Shown here in pieces: positions 13,938-27,000 of a DNA stretch of 64,000 nt. Under the pieces are notes generated by a model that was not told the DNA's origin, searched no databases, and was given only the letters and a program-made list of their open reading frames with translations. This stretch comes from Styela clava (Eukaryota), in NCBI RefSeq assembly GCF_964204865.1, contig NC_135256.1, positions 9,858,001 through 9,922,000 on the forward strand. Direction: 5' to 3'. The first letter of the stretch is position 1, and each line of letters begins with the position of its first letter. The position numbers and the translations under genes were made by a program.

Positions 13938-14683
13938 TCGAAATGTACGTGAGTGCAAATGTCCGGGGGTGCAAATGTACGTGTAATGCGTACAAAATAA
14001 TTGTACGCATAGACGTGGACATTTACACCCATGGAGACTGGAAGTAAACGAGTTTTTTTGCCATTTGCGTCGAAAATGGGGCATGCTAATGTTATTACTA
14101 GTAACGAATGCGAACTCACTGCATATCCCCCCGCGATAACCGTAATTTTATTTCCTAGCATCGAGCAAATCCTCGAGACAAGTGAAAAACAACTGGAAGT
14201 GGTAGACATCACTGTGGCGTAATAAAACAACTTAAGACAAGGGTCGTAAACAACTTGATCGACATATGATATATATATATATATACATATATATCCCCCA
14301 GGCCCCAATATATATATATATATGCTGTACTCGCCAAGTAGAGTTTGTTTTCTACTTTTTTTTCATCTAGGTTTAATTATTATTTCCTATCAAAGCGCGT
14401 TAATCAACTCTGACATAATAAATTTAATTGTGGCAAGTTTTCATAAGGTATACCGTAATTGCTTTCGAACACCGACGTGATTTTGACAGTGTTTGCGTTA
14501 TTTTGTTAAAAAAATGAACGACAAAGTGCAAAAGTGGCTGCAAATGTACAGTGGTGAAAGTATACGTAGGTGCAAATGTATATGTTTGCAAATGTACGTG
14601 GATTCAAATGTCCATGGGTACAAAATGTACGTGCAATTGCATGCAAATGTCCATAGGTGCAAATGTACTCGAGGAGTGCAAAT
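13938..14683. repeat. Degenerate ~15-bp GTGCAAATGT(AC/CC) repeat arrays, probably subterminal repeats of a decayed DNA transposon
   Basis: Several GTGCAAATGT-like units at ~13940-13982, an inverted unit GGACATTTACACC at ~14017, and a longer array at ~14525-14683. Confidence 0.6.
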
Positions 14684-15370
14684 ATATTTTAGAAATAATA
14701 AAAAATGCCTTATATTTCGAAATAAATTGGTAATACTAATTTATATCAGGTGTTCCAGAAATCGACCTTTTTTAAACTTAAAGCATGCATCCAATATAGT
14801 CCATGGTAATATTACGTCAACCGTATCGGTATGCAGAAGATGACTACGCAGACAACCGGTAACAATTTTGTTAGCTCACAGATGTTTTACAATCGTCCCT
14901 GGAGGCCATTATCTGATGGGCAACAAAGAAAAGGCTAGTTTGGAGGATATTTCCCACATAGAACGGGAACGATTTGGTCGAGATTGTTTTATTGAGTAAA
15001 AAGGTAAATATGCCTTATTTTTCCCGGTAAAACTCGAAGATCAAATGACCCATGACAGTATGTTTGAGTTTAAGATCATCCGATTCAATATAATGGGTAA
15101 AGTTACAAAGTAATACAACTTTATGTTGTACGGTATTTAGTTATATAAAAGAAGTTAGTTCCACTTTACCAACAGTTCAGGTCGAAGAAATGCTTTGACG
15201 TCATCATTCAAAATCTTCGAATAAAATTGTGTAAGCGTACAATGTACAAAAGAGTACAAGTACATTGGCCGAAGAAGCGAATGCTCGGGAAAGCTTCCAC
15301 TCAAAAAGAGAAGTCATTAATAAAAACGCTGAGTATATTCCTGAACAAAATTGTTTTTGACGTACTTAAT

Positions 15371-15652
15371 TGAGACACACTTAACACTTTACACAGTAAA
15401 TCAGGGGTGAACCAAAACACATCGCACTTAACGCAGTAAAACAGAAGTGAATCTAAACACAATATTATGCAGCCCTCTCGGCAAGCCGGAACGATACGTC
15501 ATCAAATTGGTCGATTCGAGAAAGGCAGTACATGTAATCAGTAATCAGTGTTGCAACAATAAAATGACCTATTGTGTGAAATGAAATACACTATTAAAAT
15601 GAAAGGGTCAAATACATTATAATCCATAGTTACACAAGGCACATTCGCTACA
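15371..15652 (-). repeat. 3' LTR (282 bp)
   Basis: Direct repeat of 20229-20485; PPT at ~15655-15664. Confidence 0.93.
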
Positions 15653-16344
15653 CAATTCCCCCTCGACAGTAAAAATTTTGGAGTCCGGCCGCCGAGAGAT
15701 GAAGTGAAAGAAAACAAAATAACACGAATTAATAAAAGATATTAGTACGATATGATGAATAATGTCTAAGATATACGAAAGAATATACGCCGTTTACGAG
15801 AGAAAACAAAAATACGAGAAAAAAATTCAAAGGGTCTCTAAGTTGCTTAGAAATGCTTAACATTTTAAAATGGAATTGTAACGCAATAGTAAACAAAATG
15901 GCGACAATACTTGAAGGAAGGGACCTAAAAGAATGTAAAACAGCTTTGATGTTTAAAGGAGGGGCCTAAGAAGAAACAAATGGCGGATTTAGTACTTAAG
16001 TATTACACCGAAATTGGTTTGGTGTTTAAGATTGTAAAATTGGCGTTAGAGGTTATTTGAAACAAACTATTAAGAAAAAATCCTGTAAATTGAATAATTA
16101 GTAATTTGACAGATTATTGAACCATTGAATCCCTGAAATTGTACCTGAATCAAATTTTGTATGAAGTAAAAGAACTCATGATATCTAAAAAACAACACAT
16201 TGATTAAAAACAAGTAATTACAAGTACATACACAGAAAAGAAAACTGACACTACACAATTTTTTTATTTGTATGTTTTTTTTTTTATATTTAAATTCTTA
16301 TAGTAAGGTGTTTTGATGTTTTATAATGGATAATAAGAGAAAAA

Positions 16345-17401
16345 TTAATAAAATACAAGACGAATAAAGTGATAAAATACAAGATGATTAATAACGAGGC
16401 GATACATTGCGAGATACACACCATATACAATTCGCAACGACCGCCGGAATCGAGTTGACTTAATAGGGTGGGGATAAATTAAAAGGTTGTTACAGTCAAA
16501 CTTTCGACTCCATTTGAGCTTGGGGGCGCTCGCATCTGAGAAGTTGCTAGCATTTTCCATCGATTCATCGTCAATTTCGACATCGGATAACGGGTGTATT
16601 TCTTGTTGTTCGTTGAATTGTACGACGGGTTGTCGTGGTATGCTGAGAAGTCGTTGTATTGGTTGCAGCAATCCATTTGTTAATGCACAGCGAACGGACA
16701 TTCGGCAGTTTGGCAAACTTCGATAGATGAAATAACCTATGTAAAGCAGGAGTACAACGAATAAAGCGTAAATGAGGCCAAATAGCGGCTACGCCTCTAT
16801 GACGTAATCTGACAATGTTTTCGCAGCTGTCATTTACGTTTAAAACTAAGCTATTGTATGTACGATAGACTTCGTCTGATTCAAAGCAAGATTTCGTTAG
16901 TTGAGAGCAAGTTTCGAAGGTAAGGCTTTGGCCAATGATCGGTATTTCCAATCGGTAAGATTGCCCGATACATTGTAATGTAACAAGAGTTAGATAGCGT
17001 TGAATTTCGGAAAGTTGCGAGCTCTACAAGCTTTCGAATCTTCAACATTCCAAACAAATGTAAACCCACCGTTCCGGAAAAAACCGGAATTGGGTGCGCA
17101 TTGGCTGAGGTATTTGAACGTGTTTTTGGTTGCGCTTGACGAAGAACAGCCATGAAATGGTTCGCCAGTAGGTCGTACGTTTACGATCTTGGTATCAACA
17201 CTTGCAAGAAGTGTAGATGTGGATGTTTGCTGAACAATTCTTTATCGTATGAAGTTTGTGTCGATTGCAAATGGCTGGTTTGCGTATGTCGTAAGTCTGT
17301 CTATGTAACGATTTGTGGCATAATTTCAGTGGTCCCTCAACGGCTTGCGTTCTCATACAAAGCATGACAAAGCAAAGTAATGTGTAGTGAAATATGGTCA
17401 T
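16345..17401 (-). pseudogene. Decayed env-like type I membrane glycoprotein of the Gypsy element
   Basis: ATG at 17401 gives signal-peptide-like MTIFHYTLLCFVMLCMRTQA; Cys-rich fragments across frameshifts (LKLCHK...PAICN...KNCSAN; CAPNSGFFRNGGFTFVWNVEDSKAC at 17100-17026; ETCSQLTKSCF...VNDSCEN); TM helix LFGLIYALFVVLLLYIGYFIY (~16785-16723) followed in frame by a tail RSLPNCR...; lies between pol and the PPT. Confidence 0.7.
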
Positions 17402-20104
17402 CAGATATCCATCTGAAATTCGCTTGATAGAATAAAGTCTTTGCTTAAATGGCGTGGGCGTTTTCTCAGCCTTCGCGGCCGATTTGATTTTTGCTGATTT
17501 GACATTTCCGGAGACGGCCCCAGTCGATGCGCTGAATCTGTAAAATGAATTATTGCATCGCAATTTGATCGTTTCGTGCTTGTATCGGATATCGTATTAT
17601 TATTTGAAATATTGAAATTGAAAGTCCGTGGACGCGAAATCGTGATATCGCTCGCCGGTCGTTCATTTGATTTGGCGCCAAGATTCCTATCCTCAATATC
17701 TTCATGCAATAGGTCAGAAGTTGGTAGGTGTGCAACTTTTAAGTTGTCAATTGAACATTCATACGGCTTTGAGTTCCGGTCGACGATAAAATGCTTACTT
17801 CCACGATTTAAGACCTGGAAGGGTCCTTCATAGAAGTTTTCCAGTCCTTTTCTTGATCGACTGATTTTGATAAAAAAATGGCTACAATTTCTCAAGTCCT
17901 TTGGTATATAAGTTTTTCTTGGAGGCTGTTTGCGTGTTGGATTTGAACAGAGATTTCTGAAAAATCTCTTAAGTTTATTTACATATGTATGAGGGTTAGT
18001 ATTTGTCGCGTCTGGTTGCGGTTCCACAAATTGTCCTGGAAGGCGTAATGTTGATCCGTAAACTAACTCAGCAGGGCTGAAACCCAAATCTTCTTTAACA
18101 ACTGATCGAATACCAAGTAATACAAACCCAAATTCGGAAACCAGTCAGATGGATGTTCACAAGCTCTAAGAGAAGCTTTAACAGTTCGATTAAGACGCTA
18201 AACTAAAAAATTTCCTTGAGGACGATATGGCGCTGTTAATATATGTTTTGAACCAAGGAACATCATGGAATCTTTCCAAGTTGTTGATGTAAATTGCGGT
18301 CAATTATCTGTAATAATTTATTATATAATTATTAGTGAAAGCGTGTACGATTGTATTAGTTAAACTGTCCTTCAATGGAACACAATTGGATATCTTGTAT
18401 ATCTGTCAATTATCATAAGCAAATAAACATAACCATGAGATTGAGGGAGTGGTCCAAGTAAATCTACGTTGATAGTGCTAAAACGTTCATCTGGAACTTT
18501 GATGTTTTTCAATACTGTGCGTATGTGTCGTTGAACTTTTGCTTTCTGGCATCGTATGCTCTCACGAACAAACTTACGGTTGTCTTTACTCATAATCGGC
18601 CAGACATACCTGTCTTTTATAAGTTGTTGAGTTCCTGATATTCCTGGATGACACAAATTATGAGTTAGGTTGATAATGCGATATCGTAATGAAGTTGGAA
18701 TATATGTTCGAGGTTTGCCAGCGAGACTGACGTCACAAATAATGTTTCTTGCCAATCCTGGGACTGGTAATTGTACTAACTGTAGAGAATGCTTGCTTGC
18801 GTTCGTTAGAAGTTGCTTTAGCTCGTGGTCATTTTGTTGTGCGTTATAGATGTCAATTAACGGGATAATTTCCTGTTGAGGAACAATGGCATTTATTCCA
18901 CCATGCTCTGCGGGGTGAATTTCAATTCGGCTCAGTGTGTCCGCTGCGATATTCAATGCACCGGCAATGTGTTCTACTGTGAAATCGAAAGTTGATATGT
19001 ATTCAAGCTGACGGGCCTCCCCTTGGATTAATCGCTCTTTCGGACTTTGAATAGCCTGTACCAGGCTTTTCGAGTCTGAGATTAATTGAAATTTCCTGCC
19101 TGTCAATTCATGCCGAAAATATTTGATAGATTCAAAAATAGCCAGAAGTTCCTTGCCAAAAGTAAAATAAGTTTTCTGGGGGCCACGAAGGGCTCTCGAA
19201 AACATGCCCAGAGGTCTCCATTGATTATTTTCAAACATTTGCAAAACACCTGATATTCCAATGTCAGATGCATCAGTAATTAAACAAATGGGTGCTTGAT
19301 GATGTGGATGAACCAAAAGCGTAGCTTTGGCTAAAGCATGTTTAATGTCATCAAAAGCTTTCAAAGATTCATCATTCAATTTGATTCGAGAACGTTTACT
19401 AGGCTTCACAACTGTCATCTCATTTAATGGTCGTATAATGGTAGCAAAGTTATTTACAAAACGATTATAATATGTACAAAGACCATTGAAAGATCTTAAT
19501 TCTTTCAATGTGTTCGGTTGAGGATATTTTTGCAATACTGCCACCTTGTCGGCTAAGGGTTGTATTCCTTCGGGCGTAACATGATGGCCCAAGAATTTAA
19601 TTTCTGATTTGTTGAAATGGCATTTATCTGGATTTATAGTAAGTCCATAATTGTGTAAGCGTTCTAGAACTTGATCTAATGTTCTTCCTCTGTTTTGGTT
19701 GCAATGAGAATATCGTCGAAGAATACAAATATATTGTCGATGCTCGCTAAAACTTCGGTCATGAAATAATTGAACGTCGCTGGGGCAGATGCTAGCCCGA
19801 AACAAAGAGTTTTACACATGTACATCTTATTTTTGCAGGAAAAGGCTGTTTTTGGTTGATCCGATTCCAAGATAGGAATATGATTATAAGCTTTTGTGAG
19901 ATCAAGTTTAGTGAAATGTCGACAGCCATGCAATTTATTGACAAAATCGGACAAGTGTGACACAGGGTGTTTTTCCTTGATCGTGATTGAATTCAAAAGT
20001 CGAAAATCGAGGCACAGCCTGATAGCATTAGAACCCCGCTTTGGAACGATGGTAACTGGAGAATTATAAACGGAATTACATGGAATTATATCTAAGACTA
20101 TCAC
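17401..20104 (-). pseudogene. pol: Gypsy pol remnant (RT, RNase H, integrase) with frameshifts and stops
   Basis: RT: SPVTIVPK, RLCLDFRLLN, FTKLDLTKAYNHIP, FGLASAPATF, VFFDDIL; RNase H: ITDASDIG, KELLAI, ADTLSR; integrase: HNLCHPG, VDLLGPLP, TDN*PQFTS, FSPAELVYG, YEGPF. Frameshift near 19680; stops in the catalytic core (~18200-18310). Confidence 0.95.
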
Positions 20105-20228
20105 CCTATATATTGAAGTTCGATTCCCGCGTTATTGTTTTGACACGCGTTGTGGAATGTTGTTGATGCTAATCGTTGTTGTATATTATAGGAAGATGCA
20201 CAATCCAAATTCCGAAAACAGATAAAAT

Positions 20229-20485
20229 TGAGACACACTTAACTCTTAACACAGTAAATCAGGGGTGAACCAAAACACATCACACTTAACGCAGTAAAAC
20301 AGAAGTGAATCGAAACACAATATTATGCAGCCCTCTCGGCAAGCCGGAACGATACGTCATCAAATTGGTCGATACGAGAAAGGCAGTACATGTAATCAGT
20401 AATCCGTGTTGCAACAATAAAATGACTTACTGTGTGAAATGGAACACACTTATAATCCATAGTTACACAAGGCACATTCGCTACA
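20229..20485 (-). repeat. 5' LTR (257 bp)
   Basis: Direct repeat of 15371-15652 lacking a ~25 bp internal segment. Confidence 0.93.
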
Positions 20486-21153
20486 GAACTCTAACTTCAG
20501 TTTAAGTTTACCAATACTTTAATGACGTTCTTCATATTGTGGGTATGTAGTAAAGACAGCAAAGTAAATATGTAATCTGTGACTGCAAACAACTTCGAAT
20601 TTCTGTACTATGACGATCTCATTGCAACAAAAGAATTCATGCACGTTGACAAATAATGAAATGATGGGATATAGTCTGTGATAGGATTAGCTGTTTGCGT
20701 TGCAAAATGAGATAGCAGAATCAGTCTCTTTTATTCGATAAACAATGAACGTTGATCGTGGGAAAATATTATTAGAAGGGGGGATTTAAACAAGGTACAG
20801 GCAAGATGCAGTGTAGTGTTATTTTTATCCGATACAAAATTTGACTTGTTTATATTTCGCCATTCGAGATGAAGTCTGACTTGATAAACAATAAAGTTGT
20901 ATGAGATTGTCATTTGTATATTAGCCTACTGTATTTTGTTATAAGCGCTTGCGGGGAGGAAAAAAGGTCTTTCTTTCAAAACGATTACAAATGTATCACT
21001 CGAATATTTTCGTTCAAAAAATAATACCTTTTATATACCTCTTATACATATATTATGTTTAAATCACCAATATATCGTTAATATGTAAAGCTTATCTTTT
21101 GAACACAGTAGCGCTGTTCTTTACTGGAGAATTATTTTTGAATTGCTGTGAAA

Positions 21154-23983
21154 ATGGAGGCAGGGAATCCTAGCAAAGATGCACCAACGCCCGGCAATGC
21201 CACTCAATACGAGGAAGTTTCACTTTCCGATCACGATGCCGTCAGGTAAACTAAACGAAGTTTTGCAACTTTATTTTTTATCGCCTTGACCAGCACTTTG
21301 TCGGCGGTATAATTAAAATAGCAGATAAACTTCAAGTTTTGATGATATATACTTAACAAAATATAGTGTTAATCAAATACTGAATGGAATGCGACTCGTG
21401 ATTTTAAGTGATTTTTTACTGCCGTTTTAGGAAAGAAAAATTCAACATTATGAAGAACATCCTCTTAATTTGTTTGTCATTTCTTCTGAATTTCACTGCA
21501 TTCCACGGAATATCAAATCTTCAGTCTAGTTTGAATTCGGATGAAGGTTTGGGAACGGGATCTCTATCTATCATATATGGAACTCTGATTATCTCCTCAT
21601 TGTTTACACCAACTTATGGTTAGTGTTTTTCATTTACTCGTACGCAATCAACAAAACATTGCATGTTTTCATAGTTTCAGAAACATTCTTTATAACTGAA
21701 TCAAAGGTTGTAAATGGATAATACTTTATTGTTACTGGTATCGTGGCAATTGTCTGTTCAGTTTAAAAATGATAGACAGTTCAAAATGCTCGATTTATTT
21801 TGTGTTGATTGCGCAAGTACACAAAGGTCAGGAAGTCTGAACCAATTGAGTGAGCATTCTCACAAGAAAAAGGATAAGTACATTTCGTTAATTGTTTTAT
21901 TAATTAATTTGTATTCAATTAATTTAAATTTCCTAGCGATTAAAATATCAAATTGAAACTGCAAAGTTACACATATATAATAATTGTACAAATGGTACAC
22001 ATAGACTACGGTACATTTTTATTTAATTGATTTGAATCCGGAGCTTACCATTATTACTACTAGTTTTCTTTTTCGATTTTCAGTGATAAGACATCTCGGA
22101 TGCAAATGGACGATGTTTGGTGCGATTCTGGGTTACACAACGTATTCACTTGCAAACTTCTACCCGACATGGGGAACATTGGTTCCCGGATCAATTATTC
22201 TAGGTATTTCTGGGGCTCCTCTGTGGTCAGCAAAATGCACGTATTTAACAACAGCTGCCAAACGGTGCGTTAATTGAAGTTTGCTATTAAAATTTAATGT
22301 TGATCTAACTGAAATCTTATATATATTTGTCTTATTATGTATTCCATCTCTTTTCTATTGTTAGATATGCACGATTGTCGCGGGAGAGTGTAGATGCTGT
22401 TATCAACAGATTTTTCGGAATATTTTTCCTAATATTTCAAATGAATCAAATCATTGGGAATTTGATTTCTTCATTTGTTTTATCGACGGCTAACACAACG
22501 AGTTTAGGTGAGAATCTTGTAGACTAAACGTGTTAGTGTATTTATATTTCATTCCAAAGATTGCGTACCTGTCGATGTAAACTCTAAAAAATGACATTTT
22601 TATTTATATAAACACTTGTACACTTTGTAATTGGCTCATTTTAGGGAATGAAAACAACATTGAATGGGGTCATTATATAATATGAACATGCCTATCACTT
22701 CTACTCTCTCTATATATATGACAAAACAATATTATAAAGGGGAATTCGATCCGATGCCAATTACATTACCAATTGTATGCGTGATCTTTATTACGGATGT
22801 GAAGTAGAACGTGGTTATTTACTAATATATCGTCACGCTAATAACCGAATTGCGTAAGTCCTTTTTGGCGATTTTGAGTTTTTTATAAAATAGGTATTTA
22901 TGTGATGCTGCGCACCTGTCTGTTAACTCATATTTTATTTTAAGAACTCCGAAACCCATAAAAATGGTGATTTAGTATGACATGCACATTTGTGCAATTG
23001 TTTCGTCATAATGAATTATCATTGTTACCGCAGGACTATTGTGACGTCACAAAGGCAAAATGACCTCCGCTAAGTATTTTCGAGTTTTTGCATATCGGAT
23101 TTTTAGCCTAGCGCGTAATAATTTGAATTTATACTACAGTATAGGAAGGCGTGCACTTGTGATATTCACTGTCCGAGTCCAATACACCTTGGTTGGCTTT
23201 TATATTGGGTGCATTGCTGTTTTATTCTTTATATTTTATCTTAGTCTTATTTCGGTGGATGTGCAGAACGTGTTATATTGATGAAATATATATTTTTAAA
23301 CATAAAAAATAATGTAATTGAAACTGATTAATTATTTTGGGGATTAGACATTGTAGATACTGAGAATTACATTCGTTTTGGAATGTTTAGTTTTCAGGAC
23401 TGGTGCATATAGTAAAGTTGCAAAATTGCGTATGTCCCCAAGTCACAGACACATTTCTGCCTAAGTCACAGTGCGCCATTATGACGTCACTTAACTACGT
23501 CATGCAAATGACCTTAAATCCGGCTACGATCAAAAATTGAACCATGGCAAATTATTGACTCTCAATGACATAATCGGTTATTAGCGTGACGATATATAAA
23601 ATAAGATATCTAGAGAAATTTTGAATCTGCGAGGATTGCCATGCCAGTAAAATGTAATAGTGAAATAAAATATATAGTGGACGTGTTCACGGTCACGTCT
23701 TTAAACAATTTTTTGCAGACTTTGCATTCGTGACTTTTGACAACGGGACAAACTAAATGCATATTTATACGAAATTTAACCGTAAAATGCAAAAAGGCTC
23801 ATCGCGATCAAATACTTTTTTGATAAGCATTACGAAAAATTGTATAAGGATGCTATAACCTGAGTCACAGTCGATAGTTATGAAATACGCAAACTGCTAT
23901 TTAGGAATATGCAGGGTATCCATAAAACCACCTAACAAAATATTACATATAGTCAAATGATGATTTTTATAAATTGATAACAC

Positions 23984-24020
<37 letters not shown>

Positions 24021-27000
24021 ACACTAAAGTTTGCATACAATAGATGTATTGCATGTTCTAATCAAAGAAAGGTTTGAAAGATTTAATAAATGTTAGATAA
24101 CTCAAACCTATCTGTTTCGCTAGCAGAGGTTTCTAACCTTTTAGTGATTGCGTACCACTTTTGTGTTTTTTATCTGGACCCGACAAAACCCCCTTTTGAG
24201 GTGGGGAACAATGGCACAAGCATCGCGCTATGTGAGTATTTTATGTGGCACTACATCAACTTTAGACCTTTCTGCAGAGTTCCAACGTATTAATTTTATG
24301 AAGTAACAACGTATTAATCGCGTGCAAAATCGCAGGAGAATTTGCGTCGTCTGTCGTTTGAGCTGAAAGAATTTATTCCGAATACATACAGTATGGAAGA
24401 TAAAGCGTTGTAGCCATATTTTAGCCAATTTAAAAGATTATTGTTTCAATAATTCAAACTACTCGTCTAACACTCAAAAAGCTTCCGCGTACCACAGGTT
24501 GAGAGCCACTAGCTTAGAAATGCAAAACAAAATTCATGAATAACTTTTGGTGTCTGAGTAATGTAAGATCACTCGTTATTTATTACCAAATAAATGAAAT
24601 ATGCCTACATTAACGCCCGAGAAGACAGATAGGGGAATAATTTCGCGGGTCGCCCTACCTACATATTCACGTAACGGAAACAGGCAACTGGTAGACATCA
24701 CGTACGCAAATTATTAGTTAACCCGATTTCAGCCTCAATTATCTTATCTTTCTTTGAGTTAATTACGTTAATAATTTTACTTGCCAAAATCACGATTATT
24801 CTCTTGTTTCTGAACAATGCTTTATTGTTCAATATATCACATCAGGTTCAACGTGTCGGTTGTTGAGTAATTATTGCTATTAGCCCAATCCCTGAACTGA
24901 TAGACGATCAAAGCCAATGTTTTCAGCAAGTCAAAAACATTACATAAAATCAAGTACATAACGATTTTAAATATTTCATAAATGTATACTTCGTAATAAA
25001 AAAGCAATTTTTTTTTATCTAAGAGTTCCCAGATAGCGTCAGCCAAGAAGAAAAGTTGAGAATCGCGGAGTTCTGTGGTGCCAATGATTGTCAGAATGGA
25101 ACTGGAAGAGGTGGATATGATTTTATTTGAATGAAATTATAGGCTATTTATTAACTTAGCCAAACACGGTTCAATGTTTAAAACACAACATACCAGTTTG
25201 ACCATAGTATAAGGCTGGACAAGTCGTCCATGTTCGGTACATATTTTAGCTATTACTTGTTTGTGTCACGTTATAAAATCCAATTTGTTTTATTAACTGA
25301 CACACGCTGACCCTCTTCAGTGATGACAGAAAATATTATATCATGAAATTTCTCTTAATTACACATAAAATAAAGATGTTTTACTCGTTTCCTCTTACTC
25401 GTCTTCTTTCCGCATTGACTCAAAATTTCATTACAAGATTATTATAGTAAATAATGAACTTTTTTAATAAAGATAGAAAAAAAAACATAATTTATATGAA
25501 AATGATATTAAGTATCGTATAATTCTACATCAAATTGTTCCATATTTTAGAATAGTTCTAATCGCAACACGTTCTACAGATGAACTAAGTAATATATACC
25601 TCTCATACAACATTCTCTCAAACAATAGTCTCTATTTTAGACGAATCAACCAGCGAAGCAATTCCAAATGAGACCATTTATATATTGATGGGAATCTACA
25701 CGGCAGTTGGTTTTTTAGCCGCAGCCAATGTAGGATTATTCGTGGACAAGATTATTATCAGGTTAAACTTCTGAAATTTTCAACCTACGTAATCAATCAC
25801 GTGACTGTTACACTTTACGACTAGTTGTTACGAGACTTGTTGTTTAAGAATTAAGCATGAAAAATATTTTTCTTTTCTTCTTCTAAAGTGAATTTTTCAA
25901 AAAAATCAAAATGTTAGAGTAGAAGTTTCAATTTATCGGCAAGAGAAAACGGGAATGTTTTACTAGCGAGTACTTCTGTATCCTTGAATTGAATTAGATA
26001 CGTGATACGGGAACAAGGGCGCCAATTCAATGAGCGCCTATCATGGTTGGGTTGTTCATTGCCATGATCCACGATCGAACATAATTTCTCCATTGTTCAA
26101 TAATAATCGACGTCATATTCCATTTTTCGACGAACTATATTGGTAACGCTCGAGTAAAAAGTTTTTTGCACAACCTCGAATGTATCGTCATCTAATTGTG
26201 AGTCTATCCTCTCCTATTAACTTGTAGTCTCATAAACCTGTCATAATAAAATGTACCGCCTGTTTTTAAATGAATACAAAAATGGCTATTTTTTTATAGA
26301 AACAATGAAAGCCGAGGAGCGAAGGAACTCCTAATCGGAACATTCTCTCATATGAAAAATCAATATCAAATAATGTTGATAATCATCACAATATACTCGG
26401 GATTTGAACAAGCTTTTATAACGGGTGATTACACCAAGGTGTCAATTTTGAATAATTTTTTACAGAATTTGAAAATTTCAAATCAAATCCTGAAGTTTGC
26501 ACTGCGTAGATAACATTCAATCAAATGATAACATTGCTCTTCAACTGATTCATTATTCCAGCACACCAGAGTAATCAATAAATCACTTTTTGTTCAGTGA
26601 ATGCGCAATTATTTTACAGTCATTTATAACATGTCCGATTGCTGTCAACTGGATTGGCCTGACGATGATTTGTTTTGGAGCTGTTGATTCTATTTGTTCG
26701 TTTATGTTCGGACGAATTGAAAAATACACGGGTCGAGTGCCTCTGTTTTCTATGTCAACTCTCATATTTCTTGCGATATTTATCACACTACTAGTAAGTA
26801 ATTATTGATATATGATAATCATTCATAATTACAGAACATTACAGCATGTACAGTCTTATTCACTCTTTAACAGGTATGGGTTCCTTACCCAACGAGTCCA
26901 GCTCCCTTCTTTATTATTCCAGCGTTTTGGGGAATTGCTGATGCAGTATGGCAAACGCAGCTGAACGGTGAGTTCAAATATTGTCATTTGGTGTTTGAAA

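Larger units (their letters stand above)
15371..20485 (-). mobile_element. Defective Ty3/Gypsy LTR retrotransposon with env-like third ORF
   Basis: Direct LTRs at 15371-15652 and 20229-20485 (minus strand TGTAGCGAAT...GTGTCTCA); polypurine tract GAGGGGGAAT next to the 3' LTR; RT-RNaseH-integrase order diagnostic of Gypsy; gag and protease absent. Confidence 0.95.

Noticed and set aside
13938-14683. CRISPR-like array
   Set aside because: Eukaryotic context; units are short, degenerate and adjacent, with no unique spacers and no cas genes.
15362-15370. TSD of the Gypsy element (GTACT vs GAACT at 20486-20490)
   Set aside because: One mismatch and it requires extending the LTR by 4 bp to a non-CA end; not reliable.
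19705-19725. FFDD instead of YxDD in RT as a novelty
   Set aside because: FFDD/FIDD variants are common in Gypsy RTs.
23060-23281. Similar hydrophobic ORFs at 23060-23281 and 53922-54215 as a small membrane-protein family
   Set aside because: Both lie inside copies of the same MITE, with different starts; incidental.
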